Program-made: the position numbers and the translations under genes | DNA from: Candidatus Iainarchaeum sp. | GTDB lineage: Archaea; Iainarchaeota; Iainarchaeia; Iainarchaeales; JAAZKV01 | Length of the DNA stretch: 64,000 nucleotides | Assembly: GCA_026397015.1 (NCBI GenBank) | Contig: JAPLVR010000001.1 | Location: 21,745-85,744, forward strand | Direction: 5' to 3' | Shown: positions 38,563-48,635 of the stretch, piece by piece | Numbering within the stretch: the stretch's first letter is position 1 | Layout of the letters: the number at the start of each line of letters is the position of its first letter | Notes under the pieces: model-generated | Told to the model about the DNA's origin: nothing | The model's database searches: none | What the model saw: only the letters and a program-made list of their open reading frames with translations

Positions 38563-39204
38563 TCAGTTTTTCCAAAGCCTTTTCAGGGTGCCTATTTTCG
38601 GTTCGATTATTTTGTAATACAAGTCATCATTGAAAGAGTATTTTCTGTGCGCCGCCCATGCGACAAAATCCACTATTTGAAGCGCCTTGTTTGCGTACGA
38701 CGGCATGTGAGTTATTTTTACGTTTTCACATAAGTGAGTTTCTTTTATTTTTTTGTAAATATACTGGTCTAAATCTTCCCTGAGCAGTCTGTTGCTGTCT
38801 TTTTTGTCAATTACTATTTCAATTTTTAATTTTTGAAAATCCATTTCTTCTACCAGCACACCGAAAACATAATTATACAACTTGTTTTTGGCGCCGTACA
38901 ATTGTTCCGTTACCTGCTTCTTGTCTATTATTATCAAATCGATTTTACATTCGCACTTAACCAGCCGCTTCAAAACATCAATCCTAATTTCCTGATTTGA
39001 AGAATTCGCTTTCAATTCGGTTATTTCGCGCATTTTCCGCTTCAACCTCCTTTCCCTGACCTTTTTTACTATTCGCTCGATTGGTCTCGGGTCGCCGGTT
39101 GAAAGGCAAGCGATAACGAAATAATTACTGCCGTGCTTTCCCAAGTCGCCGCTTTCATCGACAAAAATGTAAGTAGTTATTTTTTCAAAAACCATGTCAA
39201 TCAA
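38563..39204 (-). CDS. DUF3800 family protein
   Basis: N-terminal YIFVDESGDLG is typical of DUF3800. Confidence 0.7.
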   Translation of the reverse strand: MIDMVFEKITTYIFVDESGDLGKHGSNYFVIACLSTGDPRPIERIVKKVRERRLKRKMREITELKANSSNQEIRIDVLKRLVKCECKIDLIIIDKKQVTEQLYGAKNKLYNYVFGVLVEEMDFQKLKIEIVIDKKDSNRLLREDLDQYIYKKIKETHLCENVKITHMPSYANKALQIVDFVAWAAHRKYSFNDDLYYKIIEPKIGTLKRLWKN

Positions 39205-39353
39205 TAATTAAAAAAGCCGTCGGGCTGAATAAAAACGTTCGCAGAGTTTCGTGCCGGTGATATGCCAAATCAGGCGCAAACCCAGTTCGCAGTTTTCACG
39301 ATTGAATGAAAAAAAGCGGAAGGGGGCGAACCCCCTCCGAACAGTTAAATCCG

Positions 39354-39611
39354 TTAAACCATTTCGCCCGCCGAAACATCTTCGCTTTCTGAAATGATTG
39401 TCGCATCAACTTCGGCGTCCGTTGATGTTTCCCCAACCGGAGTCATCTCGCCTACGTTGATGTCCGAATCCCCCATGATTGTTGCATCGACTCCTCCGAG
39501 CGCGTCGGATTCGCTGCCGCCCAGATTGTCATTGGGTTTTTTTTCAGCGCAGCCAATCACCACAAACAAAAGGCCGAGGCACAGGAGCAGCATTATTATT
39601 TTTCCTTTCAT
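39354..39611 (-). CDS. Small acidic secreted lipoprotein
   Basis: Signal peptide plus VIGC lipobox. Repeats of GxxDATI/DVxxGEM. Confidence 0.5.
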   Translation of the reverse strand: MKGKIIMLLLCLGLLFVVIGCAEKKPNDNLGGSESDALGGVDATIMGDSDINVGEMTPVGETSTDAEVDATIISESEDVSAGEMV

Positions 39612-39623
39612 TTAGTAGCCCCC

Positions 39624-40463
39624 TTACTTCCTGCCCCTTATTTTTTGGGCGATTTTGTGAAGCACTTCCGCCCTTCTGCCAAGGCGCCTTGCTTCACGTT
39701 CCAGTATTCTTTCGCGGAGCTTTTCCTTTGCTTTCACAACCGCGGCGTTTTCAGCGACTTTTCGCTTCGCGCCCAGTTCCTTGAATTCCTGCAAAGCCAT
39801 TTTCCTTTCTTCAGGAGTCATATCCTGAAGGGCTTTGCGCACCGCCTCTTTTATTTCAGCGCGGGTCGCATTCCCGTCATTAACCCTCTGAATAAGGGCT
39901 TCGTCTGTTATGCCAACTATGCCGAAAATCTTAAGGGTTCCGGTTGCATTGTGCTCCTTTATAGCTTTCATTATTCTTTGGTTCAGCCCTGAAACGTTTT
40001 TGTCGTTTTGGATTGTTTTTATGTATTCCTTTATTTCCTGCATATCCTCCGCTTCAAGGTAATCCTTTGTTTCTGTTTTGAAATCCTGCGCCAGCGTGAT
40101 GGATTCCTTTTTTATTTCAACGAATTGCTGCGCCAGCTCGTTTCCATCCCCTTCGGTTGGAAGCGCCTTCACCTCTTCTACAAGGCTTTTTAGTTCCTCA
40201 AGGGAAGCTTCCGCATCGCTTATATTTGCGTCAGGGTGGTTCGCTGCTATGACGTCAAGAACCTTCTCCCCTATAAGGACATTTTTTGTTATGGCTTTTT
40301 CCAGCTGCAACAGCCTTACTTCCGCCCCGTGCGGGGAGGCCATTGTTGCGACTTCGTTTGCATCCGTTTCGGTAAGCGAGGAATTAGTTTGTTCCGCACT
40401 TGCCAGCGGCGCAATCAGAAGCAGCGCAATCAGCACCAAAAAAGCAAATTTTTTTATTTCCAT
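39624..40463 (-). CDS. Secreted coiled-coil protein
   Basis: Start ATG 40463, signal MEIKKFAFLVLIALLLIAPLASA, helical E/K-rich body. Confidence 0.5.
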   Translation of the reverse strand: MEIKKFAFLVLIALLLIAPLASAEQTNSSLTETDANEVATMASPHGAEVRLLQLEKAITKNVLIGEKVLDVIAANHPDANISDAEASLEELKSLVEEVKALPTEGDGNELAQQFVEIKKESITLAQDFKTETKDYLEAEDMQEIKEYIKTIQNDKNVSGLNQRIMKAIKEHNATGTLKIFGIVGITDEALIQRVNDGNATRAEIKEAVRKALQDMTPEERKMALQEFKELGAKRKVAENAAVVKAKEKLRERILEREARRLGRRAEVLHKIAQKIRGRK

Positions 40464-40582
40464 TATTAAAACACCTCTGCAATTACTTACGCCGGAACAG
40501 CAGTTATATTCTGCCCGAAAAAGGGCGGAACGAGGCGGAACAGGTGGAAAAATAGGCAAAAATTTGTTAAAAAGGAAGAGTT

Positions 40583-41329
40583 TTATTTTTTCAGGAAAAC
40601 AACCATCGACATTCCCTTGCGCTCCTTCGAAATTATTTCCTTCCTTGCAAGGGAATCGAGGTTCCTTGAAAGGGAAGCCTTTGGAAGCCCGAGGGATTTC
40701 TGGAGTTCCGACTGCATAACGGCGCTTCCTTTTTTTTCAAGGTAATCAATTATTTGAAGCTGCCTCTCCGTGAGGGATTCTTTGTTATATTTTTTGGGCG
40801 CCGGTTCAGTTTCGCGCGGGCTCTCCTTTTCCAAAAATTTTTTTTCCCTGAAAACCAGAAAATAAAGCACGGCGGCAATTGCCGCGAGGAACAAAAGCAG
40901 TAAAATTGCGGGCAGCACATAATCGGAAAAATTTTTCGGCAAAATGAGGTAATCCGCCTCGGCATTGAACTGGGAATTCTCAGCAACGCCTATTATCGAT
41001 ATCTGCGAACCGTTGGTTTCAACCCTATAATTGCCGGGGAGAACAATTTTTTCAATTGAAGCGCCTTCCGGAAAAATGATTTCATAAACTATTTGTGAAA
41101 AGGTTTCCGGCGCGGAAATGTCGAGGCTCCAAATGGCGCCCTGTTTTGAAGTGAATTCCTGCGTTTGCCCTGGAACAAAGAGTTCGTGATTTGAAGTTCC
41201 GCTTATTTCAGCCGAGCCGTTCTCGGACAGAACAATTTTAACATCGGCGTAATATTCCTGCGCGGCGCAGCTTGAAAGCAAAAGCACCGCGAAAAGCACG
41301 GGCAAAAAATTTCGAAATGCGCGAACCAT
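40583..41329 (-). CDS. Membrane-anchored transcription regulator
   Basis: Signal peptide, extracellular domain, one TM, then a cytoplasmic wHTH: TERQLQIIDYLEKKGSAVMQSELQKSLGLPKASLSRNLDSLARKEII. Confidence 0.6.
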   Translation of the reverse strand: MVRAFRNFLPVLFAVLLLSSCAAQEYYADVKIVLSENGSAEISGTSNHELFVPGQTQEFTSKQGAIWSLDISAPETFSQIVYEIIFPEGASIEKIVLPGNYRVETNGSQISIIGVAENSQFNAEADYLILPKNFSDYVLPAILLLLFLAAIAAVLYFLVFREKKFLEKESPRETEPAPKKYNKESLTERQLQIIDYLEKKGSAVMQSELQKSLGLPKASLSRNLDSLARKEIISKERKGMSMVVFLKK

Positions 41330-41526
41330 TTGAATACCTTATTGGTGGATAAGTTATAATATTCTTTTGCGTCTGAAAATTGCCAATACAACAGGATAAT
41401 TAAACGCCACAAAGAACATTATTCACAGTGTGCGCCCAGTGCAGACACCGAATCTGCGGCGAAGAACTGGAATCAAAATGCAACTGCCCACAGGGCTGCA
41501 ACCCCTAACATTTCATAAATTTTGCC

Positions 41527-42384
41527 TTAAACATTGACGCCCAAAAGCTGGCGCAGCGCAAGGCCGATTAGGAAGGATACCGCGGCGACGCCGAGGCTGA
41601 TGGAAGCCATTTCAATGAATTTTTTCCCGAAGGGCTGTTCGTTGATTGTTGACATGAAATAAGAAAAAATAATTACCACTAAAACGGCGTTTGTGAGTGT
41701 CAGGGCGAGCGCGGAATAATAATCCTTGAAAATAAAATATGGAAAGACAAGGAACAAAACTGTGAAGATGTAAGTTATTCCCGTGTAGATTGCGGCCTTC
41801 AAAGGATTTTTGTCACCCTCCGATTTTTTTGACAAGTATTCGGAAGAGGCCATCGATAATGCGGCGGATATGCCCGTTATCAGCGCCGCAATGCTGACAA
41901 TGGTGGTGTTTTGCAAGGCAAATGTAAGCCCCGCGATTGTTCCTGTCAGTTCAACCAATGCGTCGTTCAATCCAAGAACCATTGCCCCTATGTATTCGAG
42001 TTTTTCTTCGTTGATTAGTTTTGTGAGTTTTTTCTCATGCGCCGCCTCTTCAGCCACTATTTTTTTTGCGGCGGGAATTTTTTCTATAAAACTTGCGTAT
42101 TTCAGCTGGGCCTTTTTCTCGCCCTTTTCCATCAGCTTTATTGCAAATGTCAGGCCGGTCAGCTTCGCCAGCAGGGAATATTCCAAAACATGAAACATAT
42201 CCGGTTTCACCTCCTTTTTGGAGTATTTTTTCCAGAAGTGGAAATGCTTCAGCTCGTCTTCCGCTATTTTTTCAAGGGTTTTTCTGTTGTTTCCGCTTTC
42301 GAAGCGCGCGAGCCGCCTGTAAACAATGTGCTGTGTAATTTCATTTTTTTGGAAATCAAAAGCGATTTTTTCAATGCTTTCCAT
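41527..42384 (-). CDS. VIT1/CCC1-family iron transporter with an N-terminal ferritin/rubrerythrin-like domain
   Basis: EITQHIVYRRLA...DELKHFHFW, followed by a VIT1-like TM domain. Confidence 0.85.
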   Translation of the reverse strand: MESIEKIAFDFQKNEITQHIVYRRLARFESGNNRKTLEKIAEDELKHFHFWKKYSKKEVKPDMFHVLEYSLLAKLTGLTFAIKLMEKGEKKAQLKYASFIEKIPAAKKIVAEEAAHEKKLTKLINEEKLEYIGAMVLGLNDALVELTGTIAGLTFALQNTTIVSIAALITGISAALSMASSEYLSKKSEGDKNPLKAAIYTGITYIFTVLFLVFPYFIFKDYYSALALTLTNAVLVVIIFSYFMSTINEQPFGKKFIEMASISLGVAAVSFLIGLALRQLLGVNV

Positions 42385-42582
42385 CAGAGCCGGAATAATA
42401 AGGGTCTAGTGGTTAAATAGCTTTTTGGTGGGCAATTAAAATTGACTCAATTGTTGGTTGTAAGAGAAGTTGGTTTTTGGCAATCGCCGAAAAGTTCCAA
42501 AAGTTTTTATGCTCCGAAAAGCAAAATCCTTTAGCCAAAAGCAATAAATATACTTCGGTATACCAAGGTATTCGGTGATTTT

Positions 42583-42822
42583 GTGGAAGCGACTACTATA
42601 AAGCTTTATTCCGGCACGAAGATGGAGCTCGACTCCTTCAGGGAGTACAAGAACGAAAGCTATGATGAGGTCGTAAGGAAGCTTTTGTTCATTGCAAAGA
42701 ATTGCTCCAAAAAGCCGGAGCTAAGCAAACAAACCGTTGAAGACATCGAAAGGGCGAGAAGGCGGATAAAAGAAGGCAAGTACCTTACCGAAGCAGAGGC
42801 TCGGAAGGTTTTGCGCCTATGA
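42583..42822 (+). CDS. Antitoxin of the RelE module
   Basis: Overlaps the toxin start by 4 nt (ATGA). Confidence 0.6.
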   Translation: MEATTIKLYSGTKMELDSFREYKNESYDEVVRKLLFIAKNCSKKPELSKQTVEDIERARRRIKEGKYLTEAEARKVLRL

Positions 42823-43076
42823 CATACGAAATAATTTTTGACAAGGAAGCAATAAAATTCCTCGAAAAGCTCCTGAAAAATGTCAGGGAAAGGATATTCA
42901 ACAAAATTATGGGCGCAAAGGAAAGACCCGGACTGTTTTTCGAAAAGCTTTCTAGAAGAGACGACTATAAGATGCGCATCGGGTCTTACAGGGCAATAGC
43001 AGATATTGACCACACTTTGAAAAGAATCAGCGTCACAAAAATCGGGCACAGGAGAAATGTATACAAAAGAATTTAA
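42819..43076 (+). CDS. RelE/ParE-family toxin
   Basis: 85 aa; YRAIADIDHTLKRISVTKIGHRRNVYK is a typical RelE C-terminus. Confidence 0.8.
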   Translation: MTYEIIFDKEAIKFLEKLLKNVRERIFNKIMGAKERPGLFFEKLSRRDDYKMRIGSYRAIADIDHTLKRISVTKIGHRRNVYKRI

Positions 43077-43110
43077 TTGCCGCTATTTTAGCATCAGCTA
43101 AAATTTTTCT

Positions 43111-44409
43111 TTACTCGTATCTCAGCGCGTCAACGGGCTTCATTTTTGATGCCGCACGCGCGGGCATTACTCCGGAAATTATTCCGATTACTGTGGACAA
43201 AAAAATCGCGATTATTATTAGTTGCGGGCTCACGAGTGTTCCTCCCGCGCCGCCCCTAATCATCGGTATTGAAATTACGCCAAGGCCGGATATTATCTCC
43301 GAAATTAGCATTCCAATTATCACTCCTATTATTCCGCCGAGCAAACCGAACAAGCCGGATTCCATTATGAAGATTGTTAGAATTTCATTATTTGTTGTGC
43401 CTAACGCTTTCAGTATTCCGATTTCTTTTGTTTTTTCAAGCACCGAAGTGAACATGCTGTTCGCAACTCCTATAGCACCGACTATGAGGGATACTGCCGC
43501 TATTGCCCCGAGGAAAAGGGTGAGCGTTTGAGTTACGGAAGTTATTTGTTCTTTTATTGCCTGAGAGGAAGTTACGGAAAAATTCTGGCTTCTTGTAGTA
43601 ACTTTTCTTGAAATTAATAAAGATTGTGTCAGCTCATCCGTAACTGTTTCAACGATATCCGCGCTTGAAGCCTTCGCCTGTATTGAAGAAAAAACATCCC
43701 TGTTTACATCAATCGTGTTCCAGGCGCTGTTTTGTGTCATGTAAACTGTTGAATCGCCGCCGCCGAAGCCGAGCCCCGTTCCTGCGGGGGCAAGTATGCC
43801 CACAACTGTGAACGGTTTGTCTTCGATTGTTATTTTTCTGCCTATTGTGAGGGGCTCTTTGAAGGTGCTGTTTGCAAGCCTGTTTCCTATTACTATTGCG
43901 GTTGAATCGCTGGCACTCAGGAGCCTGCCGGAAGCAAGCGTTACCTGAATTGTTTGTGTCCAGGTGTTCGGATCAACCCCCTGAATTGTTGCGTTTGTTG
44001 TTTCCGCCAAAAAAACCATTTCCCCTCTTCCCGAAACAATTCCATTTACATATGAAATGTTCGGATTGCTGCGTATAATCATTAGGTCTTTTGTTGTCAG
44101 TTTAGGCGTTTCTACAGTATTGGTCGAGCTTCTTGTTCTGCCTCCGTCGCCACCGCCCCCTTCCGGTCCCCCTCCTCTGAAGTCTCCTCCAAAGCCGCCG
44201 GCCCTGCTAAAACCTGCTGTTATTGTTATTATGTCTGCTCCAAAACCTGAAAGTTGCTGATTGATGCTGGTTTGCGCCCCTTCTCCTATTGAAATTATGG
44301 AAACAACTGCGGCCACTCCAATAATTATGCCGAGGAGGGTGAGCCAAGCCCTTAGCCTCCTGTGCAAAATATTGTTCAGCGACAGCTTGAAGGAATCGGC
44401 AACTTTCAT
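43111..44409 (-). CDS. ABC transporter permease, MacB/FtsX family
   Basis: N-terminal TM, large periplasmic-type domain and a C-terminal FtsX 3-TM bundle (KEIGILKALG). Confidence 0.9.
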   Translation of the reverse strand: MKVADSFKLSLNNILHRRLRAWLTLLGIIIGVAAVVSIISIGEGAQTSINQQLSGFGADIITITAGFSRAGGFGGDFRGGGPEGGGGDGGRTRSSTNTVETPKLTTKDLMIIRSNPNISYVNGIVSGRGEMVFLAETTNATIQGVDPNTWTQTIQVTLASGRLLSASDSTAIVIGNRLANSTFKEPLTIGRKITIEDKPFTVVGILAPAGTGLGFGGGDSTVYMTQNSAWNTIDVNRDVFSSIQAKASSADIVETVTDELTQSLLISRKVTTRSQNFSVTSSQAIKEQITSVTQTLTLFLGAIAAVSLIVGAIGVANSMFTSVLEKTKEIGILKALGTTNNEILTIFIMESGLFGLLGGIIGVIIGMLISEIISGLGVISIPMIRGGAGGTLVSPQLIIIAIFLSTVIGIISGVMPARAASKMKPVDALRYE

Positions 44410-44413
44410 TTCT

Positions 44414-45919
44414 TCACCTTTTTTGCTTCTTCCCTGACTGCACTATTTTCTGGGCAGTTGAAACTATTTCTTCCCTGTAAAAAACCCATCCAAGCAAAGC
44501 AATCGAAATTATTGCAACTGTTATTGTTGAAATCAGGTTTGAGTTCAGGAAAAATATTGCTGCGAGGAACAAAACTATTATTATCCCAAGCGCTACCGCC
44601 AATTTTTTCCAACTGACATCTTTTTTTCTGAATTTTTTCAGCACTATCGCGCTTCCGGCAATTAGCACAAGCAGCGCCCAAGGGAGGAGCCCAAATTGAT
44701 TTGACTGCTGTCTTGTGCTTGCGATTGCCGAAGTGTTTGTTGATGCCGAAGAGGAAAGCTGGATTGTTTTTTGAACGCTCTGCCTTTCCCCAGTTGTATC
44801 AGTGTAATCGATTTCCAACAGAAGAGTGTTTGAAGTTTGGCCGCCTGTGAATCTGCCTCCTGCAGAAGTTTGCTGCCCGTTTTGTGCCGTTGGGGCAGGC
44901 GGACCGCCGTTTCTATCTGCCCCAAGTGAAGATTGCACCGTGAAATTTGCGAGGGTGTAATCCCCTTTGTTTAAATTTCCAAGGATTGAAGTGTTGCTTC
45001 CGCTTACACTAATCCCCTGCTGTTTCGGGATTCTTGCAACTACCGCTCCTGCATTATTCGAGCCGATATTTGCGATGCTGATAGAGAGGCTCGAACCTGA
45101 GAGTTCGGCGCTCACTTCGAAATCAGTTGCGCCCCCAACTATTAATCCTACCTGTGATGTCTGCGTTTTCATTCCGTTGACGTCCGCGAAAACCACCGTT
45201 ACGGTGAGAGGATAAATTCCTGTTGTGATGTTCGGGTCGGCAGCAACAACGTATGAAACCTTTTCGCTCTGTCCGTTTTGTATGATTGAAACATATCTTT
45301 TATTATCGGAGCCGACCGGCAGCACAAGGCTGCTTGCCTCGCTCCAGGAAAAAGAAATGTTTGAAACGGGGGTTCCGCCGATATTTGAGATTGTGAAATT
45401 TATGTCTGTTTGCTTTCCCGGATTTATTACGCGCGGCGAAACGGTAACGTCAAGGTTTCTTTCAATTTTTGAAACAGGCACGAGTATTGTTTGTGTTTCT
45501 GTTATGGGAGTTTGGCTGTCCTCAATTGTTCCCCCGTCTCTTGTATATTTCATTGTCAAAACAATCGGATAATAACCCGGCAGCGTGTTTTCTTTTACCC
45601 TGAAACTAAATACAAGCGTTTTTGTTGCGCCCGGTTTTATCAGGTTTATGCTGTCATTCAAATCAATCGATTCGAATTGTTGTGGGATGTCAAGCGCCGC
45701 ATTCAATTCTGAAATTGAATAATATGTTCCGTTGTCTTTGATATTTACCGCCATGTTTACAACGTTACCGGCATAGATTGTTATCGGCAGAAATGTTGTT
45801 CCCTGCATGCTTATGAGGTATAAATATTCCCCTCCAGGCACCGCAGCATACGCGGACTGGCATATCGTCGCACTTACGAAAATAAGGGCGAAGAGCGAAA
45901 TTATTCTTGTTTTGTTCAT
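44414..45919 (-). CDS. Secreted CARDB / S-layer-domain-like protein with a C-terminal membrane anchor
   Basis: Signal peptide, repeated beta-sandwich-like segments and C-terminal TMs. Confidence 0.6.
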   Translation of the reverse strand: MNKTRIISLFALIFVSATICQSAYAAVPGGEYLYLISMQGTTFLPITIYAGNVVNMAVNIKDNGTYYSISELNAALDIPQQFESIDLNDSINLIKPGATKTLVFSFRVKENTLPGYYPIVLTMKYTRDGGTIEDSQTPITETQTILVPVSKIERNLDVTVSPRVINPGKQTDINFTISNIGGTPVSNISFSWSEASSLVLPVGSDNKRYVSIIQNGQSEKVSYVVAADPNITTGIYPLTVTVVFADVNGMKTQTSQVGLIVGGATDFEVSAELSGSSLSISIANIGSNNAGAVVARIPKQQGISVSGSNTSILGNLNKGDYTLANFTVQSSLGADRNGGPPAPTAQNGQQTSAGGRFTGGQTSNTLLLEIDYTDTTGERQSVQKTIQLSSSASTNTSAIASTRQQSNQFGLLPWALLVLIAGSAIVLKKFRKKDVSWKKLAVALGIIIVLFLAAIFFLNSNLISTITVAIISIALLGWVFYREEIVSTAQKIVQSGKKQKR

Positions 45920-45922
45920 TTT

Positions 45923-46300
45923 TTATCCTCCCCAATTTTTATCATTCATATTTCTAAAAGAATCTCCCGTTTTTTGCCTGAAGGCGTCCATCACCTGAAT
46001 GTCGGTGGCGTCTTCCGGCAAGCCGAGAGATTTTTTAATATCAATTATTGTTGCGCCCGAAGGCAAATTCAAGTCCGCTTTCATTCTGTCAAAGTTGAAG
46101 TTGCCGTCCATCGGGCCCCTTGGAAAATTCCTGTCCATTGGCACTGGAAAATTGTGGTCGCCTGGACCGCCCCAGAAGTTGCCGTCCCGCGATCCGTTTG
46201 GCCGGCCTTGCCCATTTTGTTCTTGGGTGCATCCTGTTGTTATGATAAAAATCAGCGCCGCCAAAACTAAAACAACCAATCCGTTTGCAATTTTTTTCAT
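45923..46300 (-). CDS. Small secreted lipoprotein
   Basis: Lipobox TTGC, with repeats of DGNF/DRNFP. Confidence 0.45.
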   Translation of the reverse strand: MKKIANGLVVLVLAALIFIITTGCTQEQNGQGRPNGSRDGNFWGGPGDHNFPVPMDRNFPRGPMDGNFNFDRMKADLNLPSGATIIDIKKSLGLPEDATDIQVMDAFRQKTGDSFRNMNDKNWGG

Positions 46301-46398
46301 CCAATTTCCCCATCAAATTTTTTTAATTTCGAATTTTTTAACCTTAAATTTTTTTTATACACCTAACTTTATTTTTTAAACTTAAATTTTTGTTAACC

Positions 46399-47130
46399 TC
46401 AAATTGTTTTTTTGACAACAAATTTTTTTCCGCCCTGCGAGCGATTTTTCCCGTCATAAATTATTTTTCCATCCCTCAATTCAATTACCCTTTCCGCATA
46501 TTTTGCGATGTCCGGTTCGTGGGTAACCAGCACAACTGTTTTTCCCTGTTTCCTGTGCAGGTCTGAAAAAAGTTTCATTATTTCCATGCTTGTTGCGGTG
46601 TCCAAGTTGCCTGTGGGCTCATCCGCTAAAACCATTGAAGGCTCGGCCGACAATGCCCTTGCAATCGCAACCCTCTGCCTTTCTCCGCCCGAGAGCTGCG
46701 CCGGTAAATGGTCGTTTCTGTGTTCTAATCCGACAAGTTTTACAAGTTCCTCGACAGTTCTCTTTATTTTTTCCTCGCCAAATTCGTGTATTCTCATTGG
46801 CAGGGCGATGTTTTCAAAAACGTTTAAAGTCGGGTAGAGGTTAAAGGTCTGGAAAACAAAACCGATTTTTTTGCCCCTTATGCGCGCGAGCTCCGATTCG
46901 GGAAGTGTTGTTATTTCAGTTCCGTCCAGATAAACCAATCCTGTTGTGGGCACGTCAAGTGCGCCCATAATGCTTAAGGCGGTTGATTTTCCGGAGCCGG
47001 AAGCGCCCACAACCGCGACAAATTCCCCTTCCCTGATTTTCATGCTTATCCCTTTCACCGCCGGCACTTCAACCGAATCCATTTTGTATATTTTCCAAAC
47101 ATCTCTAAGTTCTAAGACATTTTTTTCCAT
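46399..47130 (-). CDS. ABC transporter ATP-binding protein (MacB/LolD-like)
   Basis: Walker A GASGSGKST, signature LSGGERQRVAIARAL, Walker B VLADEPT. Confidence 0.93.
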   Translation of the reverse strand: MEKNVLELRDVWKIYKMDSVEVPAVKGISMKIREGEFVAVVGASGSGKSTALSIMGALDVPTTGLVYLDGTEITTLPESELARIRGKKIGFVFQTFNLYPTLNVFENIALPMRIHEFGEEKIKRTVEELVKLVGLEHRNDHLPAQLSGGERQRVAIARALSAEPSMVLADEPTGNLDTATSMEIMKLFSDLHRKQGKTVVLVTHEPDIAKYAERVIELRDGKIIYDGKNRSQGGKKFVVKKTI

Positions 47131-47264
47131 GAAAGTCAGCTCTCTGCGCCAGAACCCGATTTTCTGAAACCTGGCGCAACCGTTTTAAATACGTTGCAAC
47201 CATTATTAACTGTAAGTGTAACGACCTGAAACGGCTTTTTGGGCAAGATGAAACGTGGTGAAAC

Positions 47265-47864
47265 ATGAAACACCTTGAAAATTTTTCAAAATCAAAGAAA
47301 AAATACACAATAGTGATGATGCTTTGCCTGCTTTACGGGGGCTTTTCTCTGATACTTTTTTTGTTTCAGCTTTATAGTGCATTTTGGATGACGGAAATAA
47401 ACGAAACGCCCGGCTTTGGAAATCAGGCGGGCGATAATAACCATTTTTTGGGCGATGGAAATCGCTTTTTTGATTCTGATTCAAACAAAGTTGTCGGCCC
47501 GCCAAGGACGCCCCGCGACCCGTTCGTATTATTGAGTTCGCCTGCGTCATTATCATATCTTCTGGGCGGGGTAATTTCGATATTTGCAGGGTTTGCGATT
47601 TGGAATCTAATAAGGGAAAAAGAAATCAAAATTGTGAAGCAGGAAACAGCGAACAACCTGTTGATGCCTGATGAGAAAGCGGTAATAGACGCGCTCAAAT
47701 CCGCAAATTACGAATTAACACAGGCAAAACTTGTAAGAGAAACTGGCTTAAGCAAGGTGCAGGTGCACAGAGCCATTAAAAGGTTGGAAGCAAAGGGCGC
47801 GGTTCAGAAGCACGAGTACGGCCTCACAAATAAAATAATTTTAAAGAAGGAATTGTTCGAGTAG
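47265..47864 (+). CDS. Membrane-anchored wHTH regulator, same architecture as 40583-41329
   Basis: TM segments followed by DEKAVIDALKSANYELTQAKLVRETGLSKVQVHRAIKRLEAKGAV. Confidence 0.6.
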   Translation: MKHLENFSKSKKKYTIVMMLCLLYGGFSLILFLFQLYSAFWMTEINETPGFGNQAGDNNHFLGDGNRFFDSDSNKVVGPPRTPRDPFVLLSSPASLSYLLGGVISIFAGFAIWNLIREKEIKIVKQETANNLLMPDEKAVIDALKSANYELTQAKLVRETGLSKVQVHRAIKRLEAKGAVQKHEYGLTNKIILKKELFE

Positions 47865-47867
47865 GTT

Positions 47868-48635
47868 TTATTCGTGGTTTCCGAAATTTATTAGGCCAAC
47901 AATCACAACTCCGAGCAAAAACAGTCCGAAAATTATTTTCAAGTCTGGCGCGCTCACCGCTTTTGACGCAAATGTTCCGATGATTGCGGAAACGAACCCG
48001 AAAATGATTATTGTTTTCGCTGCGATGAAATCTATTGTCTCGCCTTTCTTGTGGAAGAATGCGCCGAATATTGAGGTTCCAAATATAGTGGCGATCGAAG
48101 TTGCTACGGCGGCCTGAATCGGGAAACCGAAAAAGTCGCTTAGCATCGGAACGTATATCGCACCGCCCCCGATTCCAAAAAGCGTCGAGGACAGCCCGCC
48201 CAGTAATCCTGTTAAAATGAAAACAATTATGCCGATAGAAGCATCATTTATTTGTATCTGCAGGAAGGATTCAAAGACCCCGAGCATTTTTAGGGAAACA
48301 AAAATCAGGAGCAGGTAGAACATTATTGCAAGGGCCTTTGAATGGATTTTTTTTATTAGTTCGGATCCTATCTTCGACCCTAACAAAGCCCCTATTAGTA
48401 ATACAAACACTGCAAAAAAGTTTATACTTTCAGGGTCGATCACAAAATGGGTGGCAGCGCCGACGAGCGACACCACTACAAGTACTGCGAGAGAAGTCCC
48501 TACCGCCTTTTTTATGTTGAATTTCATTGCGAGCAGCGCGGGAACGAGTATTATCCCGCCGCCTATTCCGAGAAATGATGAGGCGAAGCCGGTGGCAATA
48601 CCTGTAAGCGCGTACTGCCAAAGATTTTTTTTCAT
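47868..48635 (-). CDS. TauE/SafE (DUF81) family anion exporter
   Basis: Polytopic, with duplicated G(I/L)GGG(I/A) motifs. Confidence 0.8.
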   Translation of the reverse strand: MKKNLWQYALTGIATGFASSFLGIGGGIILVPALLAMKFNIKKAVGTSLAVLVVVSLVGAATHFVIDPESINFFAVFVLLIGALLGSKIGSELIKKIHSKALAIMFYLLLIFVSLKMLGVFESFLQIQINDASIGIIVFILTGLLGGLSSTLFGIGGGAIYVPMLSDFFGFPIQAAVATSIATIFGTSIFGAFFHKKGETIDFIAAKTIIIFGFVSAIIGTFASKAVSAPDLKIIFGLFLLGVVIVGLINFGNHE

